From an uncultured Thermoplasmatales archaeon (lineage in GTDB: Archaea > Thermoplasmatota > E2 > UBA202 > DSCA01): a stretch of 64,000 nucleotides of DNA. This document shows, in pieces, positions 8,819 through 18,409 of this stretch; position 1 is the first letter of the stretch; the number at the start of each line of letters is the position of its first letter. The notes under the pieces are model-generated. The model ran no database searches and had not been told where the DNA came from. It worked only from the letters and a program-made list of their open reading frames with translations. The position numbers and the translations under genes were made by a program. The DNA is taken from assembly GCA_964514975.1 (NCBI GenBank), contig CAZESS010000008.1:1-64000 (forward strand), in the 5' to 3' direction.

Positions 8819-9721
8819 ATGGGATTCGACACAAAAACCTGCGTTATACCGACGGGCACCCGGTTCGACGGCGGCGCCATCAGGCTTGACGGCGACGCGG
8901 TCATCGGCAACAACTGCGTGGTGGAACACGCGATTGAGGCAGAGCGCTGCTTCGTCGGCGAGCGCACCGCCACCGGGCCGCTCTGCGCCGCGGGTGACGT
9001 CCGCATCGACCATTTTTCCAGGGTCAACGGCGACGTGCTCTGCGGCGGCGACGCCTACATCGGTGAGGGCTGCACCATCGACGGGATGCTCCGGCTGCGG
9101 GGCGACCTCGACGTCGGCGACAACGTCAAGATACGGGATGGCTTCGAGGCGCAGGGCTGGATACACATCCGGAATCCGTTGCCCATGGTCATCTATGTCC
9201 TCCTCTACCTGTTCGAGCTCATGAAGCGCGGGCACAGCGAGGAGGTCGAGCGCATCCTCCAGGAATATGAAAAAGAGAGCGCTGTCATCTCGATAGCGGA
9301 GCAGTACCTGTTCCTGCCGCATGGCTCCAGCCTGGGGGGCAGCAGCCAGATCGCCGGCGGGCTGCATATCCATGAGGGGTGCCATGTCGTCGGCACAATG
9401 ACAGCAACCGGTGACATCGTCGTAGCCGAGGACAGCGTCATCGCCGGCTCGCTCCATGCCGACGGTGACATCCACGTCTGTGACGGCGTCCGGGTCGAGG
9501 GTGGCCTCACCGGCCGCACCGTCATGGTCGGTGAGGCCTCGATTGCAGGGAGCATCGACGCAGCAGCGGTGCACCTCTCGCCCGGGGCATCGGTCAATGG
9601 AAAAATAACGGCGCCCGACGGCGTCGTGTTCACCGACGGCACCCGGAAAAAAATGGATGAAACAGTCGAGCGGTTCAGGGAGCAGGTGGACGTCGTCGAC
9701 GGGGTCGCCGAGATGTTATAG
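8819..9721 (+). CDS. Polymer-forming/bactofilin-like beta-helix protein (COG4801-like)
   Basis: Repeated G-D-[VI] beta-helix turns in two halves separated by a hydrophobic helix; GWIHIRNP. Confidence 0.7.
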   Translation: MGFDTKTCVIPTGTRFDGGAIRLDGDAVIGNNCVVEHAIEAERCFVGERTATGPLCAAGDVRIDHFSRVNGDVLCGGDAYIGEGCTIDGMLRLRGDLDVGDNVKIRDGFEAQGWIHIRNPLPMVIYVLLYLFELMKRGHSEEVERILQEYEKESAVISIAEQYLFLPHGSSLGGSSQIAGGLHIHEGCHVVGTMTATGDIVVAEDSVIAGSLHADGDIHVCDGVRVEGGLTGRTVMVGEASIAGSIDAAAVHLSPGASVNGKITAPDGVVFTDGTRKKMDETVERFREQVDVVDGVAEML

Positions 9722-9724
9722 GGG

Positions 9725-10222
9725 TCAGTATTCAAGTCCCTTGGTTGCCCCGCCGTCCTCGTCATACCGGTGTTTTATCTTTTCCATGCGCGTCGCGACA
9801 TCGGCCATCTCGATGAATTCGCGGGGTGCATCGCGCCCCGTCAGCACCACATGGGTGCCCCCGCGTTTGTCGAGGATCCGGACGACCATGTCGGCGGTGA
9901 GCAGCCCCATGGACACGGCGACGTTGACCTCGTCGAGCACGAGCAAAAACGGCTGCCGTTTGAGCGCCTGCTCGGCGGCATCGAGTGCCTTCATGGCACG
10001 TGACCGGTCGAGACTGGTCGGTTCCCTGACAAAGTTTTCGCTGCCGTACTGCTCGACGTGCAGCCGGGAGAAATGGGTTTCGCCGTAGTCACCTTTTTTG
10101 AGAAACTGGATAACGCTGACGGGCTGGTCGTGACCTGCCGCACGTATGGCGAGACCGAGTGCTGCCGTGGTTTTCCCCTGGCCCTCACCGGTGTAGACGT
10201 AGACGAGACCGGCCATGCTCAT
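9725..10222 (-). CDS. cobO: Cob(I)yrinic acid a,c-diamide adenosyltransferase (CobO/BtuR)
   Basis: YTGEGQGKTTAA, QFLK, LDE, LTGR. Confidence 0.9.
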   Translation of the reverse strand: MSMAGLVYVYTGEGQGKTTAALGLAIRAAGHDQPVSVIQFLKKGDYGETHFSRLHVEQYGSENFVREPTSLDRSRAMKALDAAEQALKRQPFLLVLDEVNVAVSMGLLTADMVVRILDKRGGTHVVLTGRDAPREFIEMADVATRMEKIKHRYDEDGGATKGLEY

Positions 10223-10229
10223 TGCTGCA

Positions 10230-11462
10230 TTAGCTCAGGGTGTCCTCGGTCAGGATGGTCAGCGCCTTCGGCACCTTGGAGAGCTCTCCCTTCCGCCGGC
10301 CGACGAGGGTGTTGACCTTGTTGTCGGCGGCGATGTCGACCAAGCGCTGCGTGACGATGCCGTCGAAGATGACCGTATGTGCCTTCTTTTTCCCGAGCGT
10401 GTCAACCAGCTTGTCGACGCCGACGCTGTCGATTTCCTTGCCGTTGCTGTCCAGGAGCTTCGCCTCGTTGTTGTCCTTGACCTCGCCGAGGACTTCCTTG
10501 TAGCGCTGCTGTTCCTTGTTGAGCTTTTTCTCTTTTTTGCCGGAGCTTTTATTGTTGCCGCTGCCGCCCTTGCCCTTGCCCTTGTTTTTGTTGTTTTTGT
10601 TTTTGTCGTTGCCGCCGGTGTCTGATTTCGTCATGCCGTGGGTTTCCATGTACTGCTCGACGGGTATCTTGTTTTTCAGCGATTTCATGATGAGTTTGTA
10701 GGGCAGCTCTTCGACCTCCCGGGTCTTGGGTGCCTGCGCCACGAAGTCGATGTCGGCGACCTGCAGCAGCTCTTTCAGGATGAGCGTGCCGCCACGGTCG
10801 CCGTCGACGAACGCGGTGGCGATTTTTTCGTTGCACAGCTTGACGATGCTTTTCGGTATGCTGGTGCCCTCGACGGATATGGCGTTTTTGATGCCGTGTT
10901 TCAGCAGGTTGAGCACGTCGTTGCGTCCCTCGACGATGATGACCGCGTCGCTTTTGCCGACGTGCGGTCCGGCGGGCAGATGCTCCTTGCCGTAGTGCTC
11001 GATTTCTTCGACCTGGACCGACTGCCGGATGGTCTCGGCCATGTCCTCGATTTCCTCTTTGCTTTCGCTGATGATGCTCGTCACGATTTCCTTCGCTCGC
11101 TCGATGACCTGTTTGCGCTTTGAGACGCGGACGTCTTCGACCTGGTCGATTGATATCTCGGCGGTGCACGGGCCGATCCGGTCGACGGATTCGATAGCTG
11201 CGGCGATGATGGCCGTCTCGACCTTTTCAAGGGCGGATGTGAGCTCCAGCGTTCCCTCGCTTTTGCCCTTTTTCTGGTGGATGTCCACCTCGATGCGCCC
11301 GATCCGCGCTGACTTTTGCAGGTCGCGCAGGTCGAGGTCCTCGCCGATGAGCCCTTCCGTCTGTCCGAAGATGGCGCCGATAACGTCGGATTTTTCGACT
11401 GCTCCGTCTACCTTTATCTCTGCCTTAATCAGATATTTTGCTGATGATGGATCCATTGACAT
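10230..11462 (-). CDS. dnaG: Archaeal DnaG-type primase
   Basis: DVIGAIFGQTEG, VEGRNDV, TOPRIM DGDRGG, FDGIVTQRL. Confidence 0.95.
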   Translation of the reverse strand: MSMDPSSAKYLIKAEIKVDGAVEKSDVIGAIFGQTEGLIGEDLDLRDLQKSARIGRIEVDIHQKKGKSEGTLELTSALEKVETAIIAAAIESVDRIGPCTAEISIDQVEDVRVSKRKQVIERAKEIVTSIISESKEEIEDMAETIRQSVQVEEIEHYGKEHLPAGPHVGKSDAVIIVEGRNDVLNLLKHGIKNAISVEGTSIPKSIVKLCNEKIATAFVDGDRGGTLILKELLQVADIDFVAQAPKTREVEELPYKLIMKSLKNKIPVEQYMETHGMTKSDTGGNDKNKNNKNKGKGKGGSGNNKSSGKKEKKLNKEQQRYKEVLGEVKDNNEAKLLDSNGKEIDSVGVDKLVDTLGKKKAHTVIFDGIVTQRLVDIAADNKVNTLVGRRKGELSKVPKALTILTEDTLS

Positions 11463-11678
11463 ATGTATCACTTCCTTACAATTAGTACACCATGCAAGTG
11501 CTCCTACAGTACACGGGGGTAAAGGAGGAAAGATATGAACATGATGCACTAATTTCCGTGTTATTATGCAACCATCATATTAAAACCTTCCGGCGCCGTT
11601 CGCCCGGAAGCGGGCTGCGGCACCCGATATGAGTAAACGCTAAATAACGTTCTTCTTTTATCCGTCCGTTGAGCTACC

Positions 11679-13826
11679 ATGAGCGACAGGAAGACAGACG
11701 GCGAGCGCATATTCATCGGCGTGGCATGGCCCTATGCCAACGGGCCGCTCCACCTGGGCACCGTGGTCGGCTGCCTGCTGCCGGCTGACATTTTCGGCCG
11801 CTATCATCGGATGCAGGGCAACCAGGTGCTGATGGTGTCGGGCAGCGACGAGCATGGCACCCCGATAACGCTGAAGGCCGAGAAGGAGGGCGTCACCCCG
11901 AAGGACATCGCCGACCGCTACAACAGGCAGCACGTGGACAACATCGACGCGCTGGGCATCGAGCTGGAGAATTTTTCGCGGACGAGCAACAGCTTCCATC
12001 GGCAGGTGGTGCAGGACTTTTTCCTCCGGCTCCACGAAAACGGGTACATCTACCCCGAGACGATGGAGTCGCCGTTTTGCGAGAGCTGCGGGCGCTTTTT
12101 GCCCGACCGCTACGTCGAGGGAACCTGTCCCTACTGCGGAGGAACGGCCCGGGGCGACCAGTGCGAGGACTGCGGCAAGACGCTCGAGGCCGGCGAGGTC
12201 GATGACCCGCGCTGCAAGCTCTGCGGCGAAATGCCGGTGATGCGTGAAACCGAGCACCTGTTTTTCGAGCTGTCCGCCTTCGAGGATGAGCTGCTTGCAT
12301 GGCTTGAAGACAAGGATTTCTGGCGGGGCAACGTCATCACGTTCACCCGCAACTGGATCCAGGAGGGGCTGGAGGACCGGGCGGTGACCCGTGACCTGGA
12401 ATGGGGCGTCCCCGTACCCCTGGAGGGCTACGAGGACAAGCGGCTCTACGTGTGGTTCGAGGCCGTAATGGGCTACCTGTCGGCCAGCAGGGAATGGGCC
12501 GAACAGCAGGATACGCCCGGGGCATGGCGGGACTGGTGGCAGAGCGACGCCCGGCACTACTATTTCCTGGCGAAGGACAACATTCCCTTCCATACGATCA
12601 TCTGGCCGGCGATGCTGCTGGCCCATGGCGACCTCCGCCTGCCGTATGACGTGCCCGCCAACGAGTACCTGACGTTTTCCGGGGAACAGTTCTCCAAGTC
12701 CAAGGGCATCGGCGTCTGGATTCCCGACGTGCTGGAGCGCTTCGCGCCCGACGCCATCCGCTACTATCTGTCCATCAACATGCCGGAGAAGCATGACACC
12801 GACTGGAACTGGCGGGATTTCGAGGCGAAGACCAACAACGAACTGGTCGGCACCCTTGGCAACTTCGTCCACCGCGTGCTCACCTTCACCGCCAAGCATT
12901 ACGGCAAGATACCCGAGATGGGCGGTCTCACCGGTGACGATGAGGCGATGCTCGAGGCAATCGAAAAGCGGGGCGAGGCGATCAGCGAGGCCATCGAGAC
13001 GGTCAGGCTCAAGCAGGGGATGAAGGAGCTCATCGCGCTGGCGCAACAGGGAAACCGGTATCTCAACGAGCAGGAGCCATGGAACCTGGTCAAGCAGCGG
13101 CGGGAGCGGTGCGGCACGGTGCTTCACGTCGCCCTGCGGCTGGTCAGGGCTCTGGCCATCTATATGACGCCGTATCTGCCGCATGCAGGGCAGTGCATCT
13201 GGAGCATGCTCGGGCAGCCCGGACAGGTGAAGGAGCAGCGCTGGAAAGCAGCGCTCGACAGCCTTGCCGATGCAGCCCTGGAGACGCCGACCCCGCTGTT
13301 TGACACCATCGACATTGACGACCTCGTCGCTGATGGCGGCGGGGATGCAACGGAGGGCTGCGAACAGCTTGATTTGCGCATAGCGGAGATCACGCGGGTG
13401 CGGGAGCATCCCGACGCCGACCGGCTCTACGTGTTCGACCTGGACATCGGCGAGCTCGAGGGACGCCGTATCGTAGCGGGCATCAGGCCATGGTACGATG
13501 CCGGGGAGCTCGAGGGACGCCGTATCGTTGTCGTCGTCAACCTGAAGCCGGCGGTCATCCGTGGCGTCCGGTCGCAGGGCATGCTGCTCGCCGCCGACGA
13601 CGGGTCGCCGTCGCTGCTCGTCCCGCATGGCGCGCCAGGAAGCGTGGTAACGCCAGCGGGCGTGGAGGCGGCACCGGCCGACGAGGTCGACATCGATCTG
13701 CTGAAGGAGCTCTCGCTGGAGGTAAACGAGGATGGCAATGCGGTCTGCGGGGGATGTGAGCTGCGGGATGAAAACGGCGTGGTCAGGCCGGACCGGGACG
13801 TGGCCGCGGGGACACCCATTCATTGA
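11679..13826 (+). CDS. metG: Methionyl-tRNA synthetase with C-terminal tRNA-binding domain
   Basis: WPYANGPLHLG, SGSDEHG, four CxxC Zn knuckles, YVWFEA, FSKS, SQGMLL. Confidence 0.97.
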   Translation: MSDRKTDGERIFIGVAWPYANGPLHLGTVVGCLLPADIFGRYHRMQGNQVLMVSGSDEHGTPITLKAEKEGVTPKDIADRYNRQHVDNIDALGIELENFSRTSNSFHRQVVQDFFLRLHENGYIYPETMESPFCESCGRFLPDRYVEGTCPYCGGTARGDQCEDCGKTLEAGEVDDPRCKLCGEMPVMRETEHLFFELSAFEDELLAWLEDKDFWRGNVITFTRNWIQEGLEDRAVTRDLEWGVPVPLEGYEDKRLYVWFEAVMGYLSASREWAEQQDTPGAWRDWWQSDARHYYFLAKDNIPFHTIIWPAMLLAHGDLRLPYDVPANEYLTFSGEQFSKSKGIGVWIPDVLERFAPDAIRYYLSINMPEKHDTDWNWRDFEAKTNNELVGTLGNFVHRVLTFTAKHYGKIPEMGGLTGDDEAMLEAIEKRGEAISEAIETVRLKQGMKELIALAQQGNRYLNEQEPWNLVKQRRERCGTVLHVALRLVRALAIYMTPYLPHAGQCIWSMLGQPGQVKEQRWKAALDSLADAALETPTPLFDTIDIDDLVADGGGDATEGCEQLDLRIAEITRVREHPDADRLYVFDLDIGELEGRRIVAGIRPWYDAGELEGRRIVVVVNLKPAVIRGVRSQGMLLAADDGSPSLLVPHGAPGSVVTPAGVEAAPADEVDIDLLKELSLEVNEDGNAVCGGCELRDENGVVRPDRDVAAGTPIH

Positions 13827-13853
13827 AGAAAACGCCGGCGCCAGCATGATAAA

Positions 13854-13866
13854 TTTTATATATAAA
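13854..13866 (+). promoter_or_regulatory. TATA box of the RHH-PAS gene
   Basis: TTTTATATATAAA about 26 nt upstream of ATG 13892. Confidence 0.65.
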
Positions 13867-13891
13867 CCTCCATTATGTGTGCGTAAATAGC

Positions 13892-14833
13892 ATGTCGAAG
13901 TACAGCACCATTTCTGTTCCAAAAGAACTCCACGACGAGCTGCGGGAAAACGTGAAACACAACCCCCGTCTCGGCTACTCGAGCATCGCCGAGTTCTGCA
14001 AGGAAGCCATCCGGCTCCACGTCGCCAACATCAGGAACGAGCGACGCGAGGCGTTTCTGCAGCGCGTCGACATAGAGGGACTGCTCAGAAAGGTGGACAT
14101 CGTGTCAACCGTCGAAGGCGGCCAGTACCGACGCATATTTGAAACATGCACCGACCCCGCCTTCATCATCGCGGCTGACGGCAGCATCCTCAACTGCAAC
14201 CGGCAGCTCATCGACCAGCTCGGCTACAACGAAAAAGAGGACCTGCTCGGCAGAGACGTCTCCATGCTGTTCGCCGAGCAGGGGCAACTCAACGACGTGA
14301 TGACGGATGCACAAAACAACATGGTACGCGACCGGGACGTGAAACTGAAACGCCGCGACGGCAAAGCACTCGACTTTCTGCTCAGCGTCGGCACCATCAC
14401 CGACAACGAGGACACCACCCGCTACGTCGGCACCGGCAAGGACATCACCGTGCGGAAGATAGCGGAAGACCGGCTCAAAAAAGAACACACGCTCTTCTCC
14501 ACCATCCTCAACGAGGTATACGACTCCATCCTCATCTTCCAGAACGACCGGGTTCAGTATGCTGCAGGCAAATGCCACATCTCCGGCTACACCCCCGAGG
14601 AGCTCGAGGGCATGGACCTGATGGACATCGTAGCCCCCGAAAGCATCGAAAAAGTCAAAGAAAACAAGCAGAAACGGCTGGAAGGCGAGGACATATCCCC
14701 CATCCAGCGCTACACCGTGCTCACCAGAGACGGAGAAAAACGAAGAATAGAGGCGTCATCAGAGGCCATCACCTACGAGGGGCAGCCCGCCATCCTGACG
14801 GTCGTGCGCGCCGCCGACAACGACGGCAGTTAA
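13892..14833 (+). CDS. Ribbon-helix-helix transcription regulator with two PAS domains
   Basis: N-terminal TISVPKEL...GYSSIAEFCKEAIR (RHH); PAS signatures DGSILNCN...LGY...LLGR...DITVRK and SGYTPEELEG. Confidence 0.8.
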   Translation: MSKYSTISVPKELHDELRENVKHNPRLGYSSIAEFCKEAIRLHVANIRNERREAFLQRVDIEGLLRKVDIVSTVEGGQYRRIFETCTDPAFIIAADGSILNCNRQLIDQLGYNEKEDLLGRDVSMLFAEQGQLNDVMTDAQNNMVRDRDVKLKRRDGKALDFLLSVGTITDNEDTTRYVGTGKDITVRKIAEDRLKKEHTLFSTILNEVYDSILIFQNDRVQYAAGKCHISGYTPEELEGMDLMDIVAPESIEKVKENKQKRLEGEDISPIQRYTVLTRDGEKRRIEASSEAITYEGQPAILTVVRAADNDGS

Positions 14834-14858
14834 ATACCGCCGCCATATTCTGTTTCCA

Positions 14859-15500
14859 ATGCGGTATGACCTCCACGTCCACACGCAGTATTCAAGGGAC
14901 TGCACCGTCCCACCACTCGACCTGGCCCGCCATCTCAAAAAACAGGGATTCGACGGCATGGCCATCACCGACCATGACAGCGCCGCCGGCGCATTGAAAT
15001 CATATGACATCCCGGATTTTCTCGTCATCCCCGGCATCGAGATATCGACAACGAAGGGGCATCTCCTCGGGCTTGGCATCACCGCGGACATCACCAGCAG
15101 CGACCCCTCCACAGCGATAGACGAGATACACGCGCAGGGCGGCATCGCCATCGTGCCGCATCCATTCAGGCGCTCCTCTCCCTCCATCGCCAACATCGAC
15201 GACCTGGACGTGGACGCCGTCGAGACGTTCAACGGCCGGAATTTTCCCCGGCAAAACAGGCAGGCAGCAGCACTCGGCGCCCGCCATGGCCTCCCGGCGA
15301 CCGGTGGAAGCGATGCCCATCAGCTCCGGGAGGCAGGCAGCGGCTACACGATTGCCGATGCGGAGACGGTCGACGACCTGCTCGCCTGTATCACGACGGG
15401 GCAAACACGGGCGGATGGAACCACGTCGCTCAGGCGCCCGCTCCGCTCGATGGCAGGCACGTTCAGGCGCTTCCTTGACCGTGGCTTCCGGCGGGTTTAA
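14859..15500 (+). CDS. PHP-domain metal-dependent phosphoesterase
   Basis: DLHVHT, AITDHD, PHP, GGSDAH. Confidence 0.92.
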   Translation: MRYDLHVHTQYSRDCTVPPLDLARHLKKQGFDGMAITDHDSAAGALKSYDIPDFLVIPGIEISTTKGHLLGLGITADITSSDPSTAIDEIHAQGGIAIVPHPFRRSSPSIANIDDLDVDAVETFNGRNFPRQNRQAAALGARHGLPATGGSDAHQLREAGSGYTIADAETVDDLLACITTGQTRADGTTSLRRPLRSMAGTFRRFLDRGFRRV

Positions 15501-16396
15501 CCATACAGCTCGGCTTTTTTGCGGTAAAACGCCCAGCGCTTCCGCATGGCCTCCTTGATTTTGTCGACGTCGCTGTCGGTGAGATTACGGAAGCGTCCCT
15601 GCAGGCGGAGCCATTCCTCTATGGGCTTCGCATCGCGCTCGCCCTCGACGATCTGTTTCGACGGCGGGTTGAACGACAGGGAGCCATCCTCGTACTCGTA
15701 GAGCAGCCACATCCCGGTCTCGATGGCAAGCCTGGCCATGGTAACGGTCTTGCTCATGTCGAACCGCCAGCCGGGCGGACAGGGACACAGAATTTCCATG
15801 TACTTGGGCCCCCGGATATCCTTCGCCTTCAACGTCTTCCGGTACAGGTCCTCCGGGGATGCGATGGATGCCGTCGCGATATATGGAATCTCGTGCGCCA
15901 TCGCTATCTCGGCGAGGTTTTTCTGTTGCTCCTTTTTGCCCTTCCAGGTGGTCGTCGTCCAGGCCCCGTAGGGAGTGGCGCCGCTCCGCTGGATGCCCGT
16001 GTTGGAGTACATCTGGTTGTTGTAGCAGACGTAGAGGAAATCGGTGCCGCGCTCCAGCGCCCCGCTCAGGGCCTGGAGGCCGATGTCGTAGGAGCCGCCG
16101 TCGCCCGCCCATGCCAGGACGGTGACGTCGTCGCGCCCCTGGGCCTTCATCGATGCCTCGACGCCCGATGCCCCTGCAGCCGCGGCTTCGAACGCGATGT
16201 TCATGGTCGGCACGCCGAACGAGGTCTTCGGGTACAGTGACTCGATGACGGCGCTGCACGATGCCGGGACGGTTACGATGGTGTCCTTGCCCAGCGCCTT
16301 GAGCACGGTGCGCAGCGCGACCGTTATCGGGCAGCCCGGGCAGGATGCGTTGCCCTGCAGTACGTATTCCTCTTTCGGTAGGTCCTTCAATGCCAT
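15497..16396 (-). CDS. porB: Pyruvate/2-ketoisovalerate:ferredoxin oxidoreductase beta subunit
   Basis: CPGC, GDGG TPP motif, YSNTGIQRS, CPCPPGW. Confidence 0.88.
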   Translation of the reverse strand: MALKDLPKEEYVLQGNASCPGCPITVALRTVLKALGKDTIVTVPASCSAVIESLYPKTSFGVPTMNIAFEAAAAGASGVEASMKAQGRDDVTVLAWAGDGGSYDIGLQALSGALERGTDFLYVCYNNQMYSNTGIQRSGATPYGAWTTTTWKGKKEQQKNLAEIAMAHEIPYIATASIASPEDLYRKTLKAKDIRGPKYMEILCPCPPGWRFDMSKTVTMARLAIETGMWLLYEYEDGSLSFNPPSKQIVEGERDAKPIEEWLRLQGRFRNLTDSDVDKIKEAMRKRWAFYRKKAELYG

Positions 16397-17523
16397 TATT
16401 GCACCTCCACGGTGTACCAGCCTTCTTTGCCCTGCTCGGCCAGCTCGTAGATACGCATGATGTCCTCGTAGGTGACGTCTCTGCCGCCGAGCCCCGCTAT
16501 GAAGGGATGTATCTCTGCGTCGAGCGCGGCCTGCATCTCGGTGGCGAGCACGCCGGCCATGCCCAGCGAGATGTCACGGTCGATGACCACCATCTCGGCG
16601 TGGTCGGCGATGGCCTGCAACGCCTCCCGGGGAAACGGGCGGAACACGCGCACCCTGGCAAGGCCTGCAGCCGTGCCGTTGTCGCGGAGCTCGTCGACGG
16701 CCCGGTGGGCCTCAGCTCCCAGGGCGCCCATGGCCACGATGACCATGTCCGCGTCGTCGCAGCGATAGGTGTCAACGAGGCCGTAGCTGTCGCCGATGTC
16801 GCCCCAGGCCGAGCCGACCTCCGTGATGATGTCCTTGGCGCGCTGCTGCGCCTGATGCATGTCGTAGCGGACCTCCATGTAGTAGTCGGGCCCGATGATG
16901 TTGCCATGCGTCACCGGGTCGTCGACGTCGAGCTTCCAGCCCGGCTTGAACGCGGGCAAAAAGTCGTCGACGGTCTGCTGCTCGGGCACGTCGACGGCCA
17001 TCGAGGTGTGTGACAGGATGAAGCCGTCATAGTTGACCATGACCGGGAGCATCACGTCGCTGTGCTCGCCGATGCGGTAGGCCTGCACCAGGGTATCGTA
17101 GACCTCCTGGTTGCTCGAGCAGTAAAACTGGAGCCATCCGGTATCGCGCTGCGACATCGAGTCGTTGCAGTCGCTCCAGATGCTCCAGCCCGGGCCGATG
17201 GCACGGTTGACGTTCACCATCACCACCGGGATGCGGGCGAGCGCCGCCCAGTGCAGCATCTCGTGCATCAGGAGCAGGCCGTGTGATGCCGTCGCCGTAA
17301 ACGTCCGTGAGCCGGAGGCGCCCGCGCCAATGCAGGCAGCCATCGCCGAATGCTCCGACTCCACCCGTATGAACTGGGTGTCCAGCTCGGCGTTTTCCAC
17401 GTACTTGGCCAGCCGCTCGACGATGACCGTCTGCGGCGTAATCGGATACGCGGCGATGACATCCGGCCTGGCCATCTTGGCGGCAAGCGCGGCGATGTCG
17501 TTCGCCGTGTCGATGATCCTCAT
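16396..17523 (-). CDS. porA: Pyruvate/2-ketoisovalerate:ferredoxin oxidoreductase alpha subunit
   Basis: AYPITPQT, VESEHSA; start moved to MRIIDT. Confidence 0.88.
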   Translation of the reverse strand: MRIIDTANDIAALAAKMARPDVIAAYPITPQTVIVERLAKYVENAELDTQFIRVESEHSAMAACIGAGASGSRTFTATASHGLLLMHEMLHWAALARIPVVMVNVNRAIGPGWSIWSDCNDSMSQRDTGWLQFYCSSNQEVYDTLVQAYRIGEHSDVMLPVMVNYDGFILSHTSMAVDVPEQQTVDDFLPAFKPGWKLDVDDPVTHGNIIGPDYYMEVRYDMHQAQQRAKDIITEVGSAWGDIGDSYGLVDTYRCDDADMVIVAMGALGAEAHRAVDELRDNGTAAGLARVRVFRPFPREALQAIADHAEMVVIDRDISLGMAGVLATEMQAALDAEIHPFIAGLGGRDVTYEDIMRIYELAEQGKEGWYTVEVQ

Positions 17524-17765
17524 TTTTCCTCCCGTTTTATCGTGATGGCGTCGACGGGGCATTCCGTTGCGCAGACGCCGCAGCCCTTGCAGAAGTCGTA
17601 GTCGATGCACGGCAGGTCGTTCCGCTCGATGGCGCCCTCGGGACAGAAAATCCAGCAGCGCCAGCACTTGATACATTTTTCCTCGTCGAGCGTGGGTCGG
17701 AACACGCGCCAGCTACCCGTTTTTCCCATCGCGGCCTTTTCCGGCTTCGAGGTCGTGGTCTTCAT
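17520..17765 (-). CDS. porD: 2-oxoacid:ferredoxin oxidoreductase delta subunit (2x[4Fe-4S])
   Basis: KTGSWRVFRP, two CxxCxxCxxxCP motifs. Confidence 0.9.
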   Translation of the reverse strand: MKTTTSKPEKAAMGKTGSWRVFRPTLDEEKCIKCWRCWIFCPEGAIERNDLPCIDYDFCKGCGVCATECPVDAITIKREEK

Positions 17766-18325
17766 GACAGCTTCACCTCCCGGTAGGCCTGCTCGGCCGC
17801 CGCGGCATTGGCCTCGCCGGCGTCGCCCGACCAGCGCTGCGTGATGGCATGCTTGATGGCGTCGATGGACAGGCTGTCGATGAGATGCGGCAATGCTCCA
17901 AGGATGGCGGTGTTGACGATGGGGATGCCGCCGACGACGATGTCATGGTCGATGGCGATGGCCGTCGCATCGACCGGCAGCACCCGGAACGGCATGTCTA
18001 TCTCGTCGGGGCTGCGCGGCGTGTTCATGACGATGGCGCCCTGCTGTTTGAGGCCCTCGGTGACGTCCACGCTGTCCATGATACCGGTGTCCAGCACCAT
18101 GACGATGTCGGGCTCATGTATCTGGCTTCGCACATATATCTCGGTGTCGGATATCCGGGCAAATGCCCTGACCGGGGCTCCGCGCCGTTCGGCGCCAAAA
18201 AAAGGAAACGCCTGCACTCCCTGGTTCCCTGCTTCGAGCGCGGCGTAGGCCAGCACGTTGGCAGCGGTCACCGAACCCTGGCCGCCACGCCCGTGAAACA
18301 CAATTTCGGTTAAAGGCATAGACAT
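17762..18325 (-). CDS. porC: 2-oxoacid:ferredoxin oxidoreductase gamma subunit
   Basis: HGRGGQG, FGAERRGAPV. Confidence 0.9.
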   Translation of the reverse strand: MSMPLTEIVFHGRGGQGSVTAANVLAYAALEAGNQGVQAFPFFGAERRGAPVRAFARISDTEIYVRSQIHEPDIVMVLDTGIMDSVDVTEGLKQQGAIVMNTPRSPDEIDMPFRVLPVDATAIAIDHDIVVGGIPIVNTAILGALPHLIDSLSIDAIKHAITQRWSGDAGEANAAAAEQAYREVKLS

Positions 18326-18409
18326 GCAATGCGCTGTCCATTTAATAGTTTTCTTGGCATCCCGATGCCGCTCGACGGGACGATGGAACAGCGGCTACCT
18401 CGCCATGGT

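Noticed and set aside
11587-11610. CTTCCGG/CCGGAAG hairpin between dnaG and metG as a riboswitch or T-box
   Set aside because: Only a 7-bp stem between divergent promoters; no T-box or SAM-riboswitch consensus
11658-13922. 754-aa ORF antisense to metG (similarly 18899..20296, 35239..36594, 56996..58453, 62548..63789, 676..1686)
   Set aside because: Shadow ORFs mirroring well-conserved genes, expected from high-GC codon bias; no recognisable motifs
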